Origin: an uncultured bacterium
GTDB taxonomy: Bacteria; Omnitrophota; Omnitrophia; Omnitrophales; Aquincolibacteriaceae
NCBI GenBank assembly: GCA_964508905.1
Contig: CAZDVO010000001.1
Coordinates: 3,977 to 67,976 of the forward strand
Direction: 5' to 3'
Length of the DNA: 64,000 bases
The notes under the pieces were generated by a model, which saw only the letters and a program-made list of their open reading frames with translations, had not been told where the DNA came from and did not search any database. Numbering within the stretch: position 1 is the stretch's first letter; every line of letters starts with the position of its first letter. This document shows, piece after piece, positions 62,353 to 64,000 of the stretch. A program made the translations under genes and the position numbers.

Positions 62353-64000
62353 ATGGCAGAAGAGAAAAACCTGTACGCAATGAACGAAAAGATCATCCCT
62401 CGGGCCATTGAAGAGGAGATGAAGGATTCTTACATCGACTACGCGATGTCGGTCATTGTTGGCCGCGCGCTGCCGGATGTTCGTGACGGATTAAAGCCCG
62501 TCCATCGGCGCATTTTGTTCGCGATGAACGAACTCGGGTTGACGCACAGCAAACCGTATAAGAAATCCGCCCGCATCGTCGGAGAGGTGCTGGGGAAATA
62601 CCATCCGCATGGCGATAGCGCGGTCTATGAGTCCATGGTCCGCATGGCGCAGGACTTTTCCCTTCGTTATCCTTTGGTGGAAGGACAGGGGAACTTCGGT
62701 TCGATCGACGGCGACAACGCCGCCGCGATGCGTTATACGGAAGCGCGGCTTTCCAGCGCCAGCAACGAACTTTTGACCGATATCGATAAGGATACGGTCG
62801 ATTTTGTCCCCAACTTTGATGAATCGCTCGTGGAACCGGCCATTCTCCCCTCCAAGCTTCCCAATCTTTTGATCAACGGCTCGAGCGGTATCGCGGTCGG
62901 CATGGCAACGAACATTCCGCCGCATAATTTGACCGAGGTCGCGAAGGCTCTGATCGCGACGATCGATAACCCCGATATCACCGTCAAGGAACTTTCCAAG
63001 ATCGTTACGGGGCCGGATTTCCCAACGGCGGGCCTCATTGTGGGCCGCGAAGGGATCAAGAAAGCGTATGAGACGGGGCGAGGCCAGGTGGTGATGCGCG
63101 CGAAAGCGGCGATCGAAACGGGGCGCAGTAAAAAAGACGCCATCATCATCACGGAGATCCCGTATCAGGTCAACAAAACGAACCTGATCGAATCCATCGT
63201 AAGGCTTGTGGAAGACAAGAAGATCGAAGGGGTATCCGATATCCGGGATGAATCCGACCGGGACGGGATGCGCGTGGTGGTCGAGCTCAAAAAGGACGCG
63301 ATCGCCCAGGTGATCCTGAACAATCTTTACAAGCACACCCAGATGCAATCCACGTTTGGCGTCATTATGCTCGCTTTAGTCGACGGGCAGCCGCGCGTTC
63401 TGACCTTGAAGCAGATGATCGAACGGTTCGTGGATTTCCGGGCGGAAGTGATCGTGCGCCGGACGCGTTTTGAACTCGACAAAGCGGAAAGACGGGCCCA
63501 CATTCTCGAAGGCTACAAGAAAGCGATCGCGAATATCGACAAGGTCATCAAGATCATCCGCACGTCCAAGAGCCCTGAGCTCGCCAAGGAAGGATTGATC
63601 AAGGCCCTTGATCTTTCGGAGATCCAGGCCAAAGCTATTCTTGAACTCCAACTGCAGCGGCTGACGCAGCTTGAACGCCTCAAGATCGATGAGGAATATC
63701 TTGAGCTGATCAAGAAGATCGAATACTACAAGTCGGTCCTTAAGAGCCGCCGCAAGGTGCTGGATATCATCAAAGAAGAGACGAACGACATCCTCAAGAA
63801 ATACGGGGATGAGCGCCGGACGCAGATCGTTGCCGCGGAAGGCGACATCGACATTGAAGATCTGATCGCGCAGGAAGACGTGTTGATCACGATCTCTCAC
63901 GCCGGGTATATCAAACGTATCCCGGTCTCGATGTACCGCCGGCAGAACCGCGGAGGGAGCGGGGTCTCCGGCGCGGGGGTTCGCGACGACGAGGACTTCA
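62353..64000 (+). CDS. gyrA: DNA gyrase subunit A, N-terminal part (runs off window end)
   Basis: The ATG at 62353 gives [58 protein letters not shown]...[19 protein letters not shown]... (QRDR region). Absent from the ORF track because it is open-ended. Confidence 0.9.
   Translation, partial: MAEEKNLYAMNEKIIPRAIEEEMKDSYIDYAMSVIVGRALPDVRDGLKPVHRRILFAMNELGLTHSKPYKKSARIVGEVLGKYHPHGDSAVYESMVRMAQDFSLRYPLVEGQGNFGSIDGDNAAAMRYTEARLSSASNELLTDIDKDTVDFVPNFDESLVEPAILPSKLPNLLINGSSGIAVGMATNIPPHNLTEVAKALIATIDNPDITVKELSKIVTGPDFPTAGLIVGREGIKKAYETGRGQVVMRAKAAIETGRSKKDAIIITEIPYQVNKTNLIESIVRLVEDKKIEGVSDIRDESDRDGMRVVVELKKDAIAQVILNNLYKHTQMQSTFGVIMLALVDGQPRVLTLKQMIERFVDFRAEVIVRRTRFELDKAERRAHILEGYKKAIANIDKVIKIIRTSKSPELAKEGLIKALDLSEIQAKAILELQLQRLTQLERLKIDEEYLELIKKIEYYKSVLKSRRKVLDIIKEETNDILKKYGDERRTQIVAAEGDIDIEDLIAQEDVLITISHAGYIKRIPVSMYRRQNRGGSGVSGAGVRDDEDF

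Overview
This is a 64-kb, roughly 57% GC window of bacterial chromosome around the replication origin. The backbone is rpmH-rnpA-yidD-yidC-mnmG, parA-parB with two perfect parS sites, then dnaA-dnaN-(DciA/DUF721-like)-gyrB-gyrA; gyrA runs off the 3' end and glmS runs off the 5' end. Most genes are housekeeping and lie on the minus strand: accA, an L,D-transpeptidase, yraN, rnhB, rplS, trmD, rpsP, murA, prmC, prfA, rpmE, rho, coaE, polA and pilT. There is also a biotin operon, bioB-fabG-fabF-bioF ... bioA-bioD, followed by rnfC and an rnfD-like gene. Many housekeeping proteins carry unusual N- or C-terminal extensions or internal inserts, which suggests a deep-branching or uncultivated lineage. 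Accessory and regulatory content: a tripartite HipB-HipS-HipT toxin-antitoxin island with a fourfold palindromic operator array, inserted inside the biotin operon next to a DUF1016 nuclease remnant and a thermonuclease-like gene; a beta-1,2-glucan-type utilisation locus (GH94 phosphorylase, GH144/DUF3131-like protein, sugar-binding protein, ROK regulator) plus a second DUF3131-like lipoprotein paired with a HAMP protein; a REC / REC-GGDEF-EAL / PAS-histidine-kinase operon; fliA-flgM with a recognisable sigma-28 promoter; and a secreted protein with kinase-like motifs next to an Omp85-family barrel. The non-coding layer is the most unusual part: (i) three intergenic elements bounded by the same 13-bp inverted repeat CCCCGTTAGAGAY...RTCTCTAACGGGG inside ribosomal and fatty-acid operons; (ii) four GCGCAACG/CGTTGCGC hairpin repeats, two of them abutting stop codons; (iii) in-frame inserts inside polA and bioA made of chained palindromes, reminiscent of Rickettsia palindromic elements. 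No CRISPR arrays, transposases, tRNA or rRNA genes were found.
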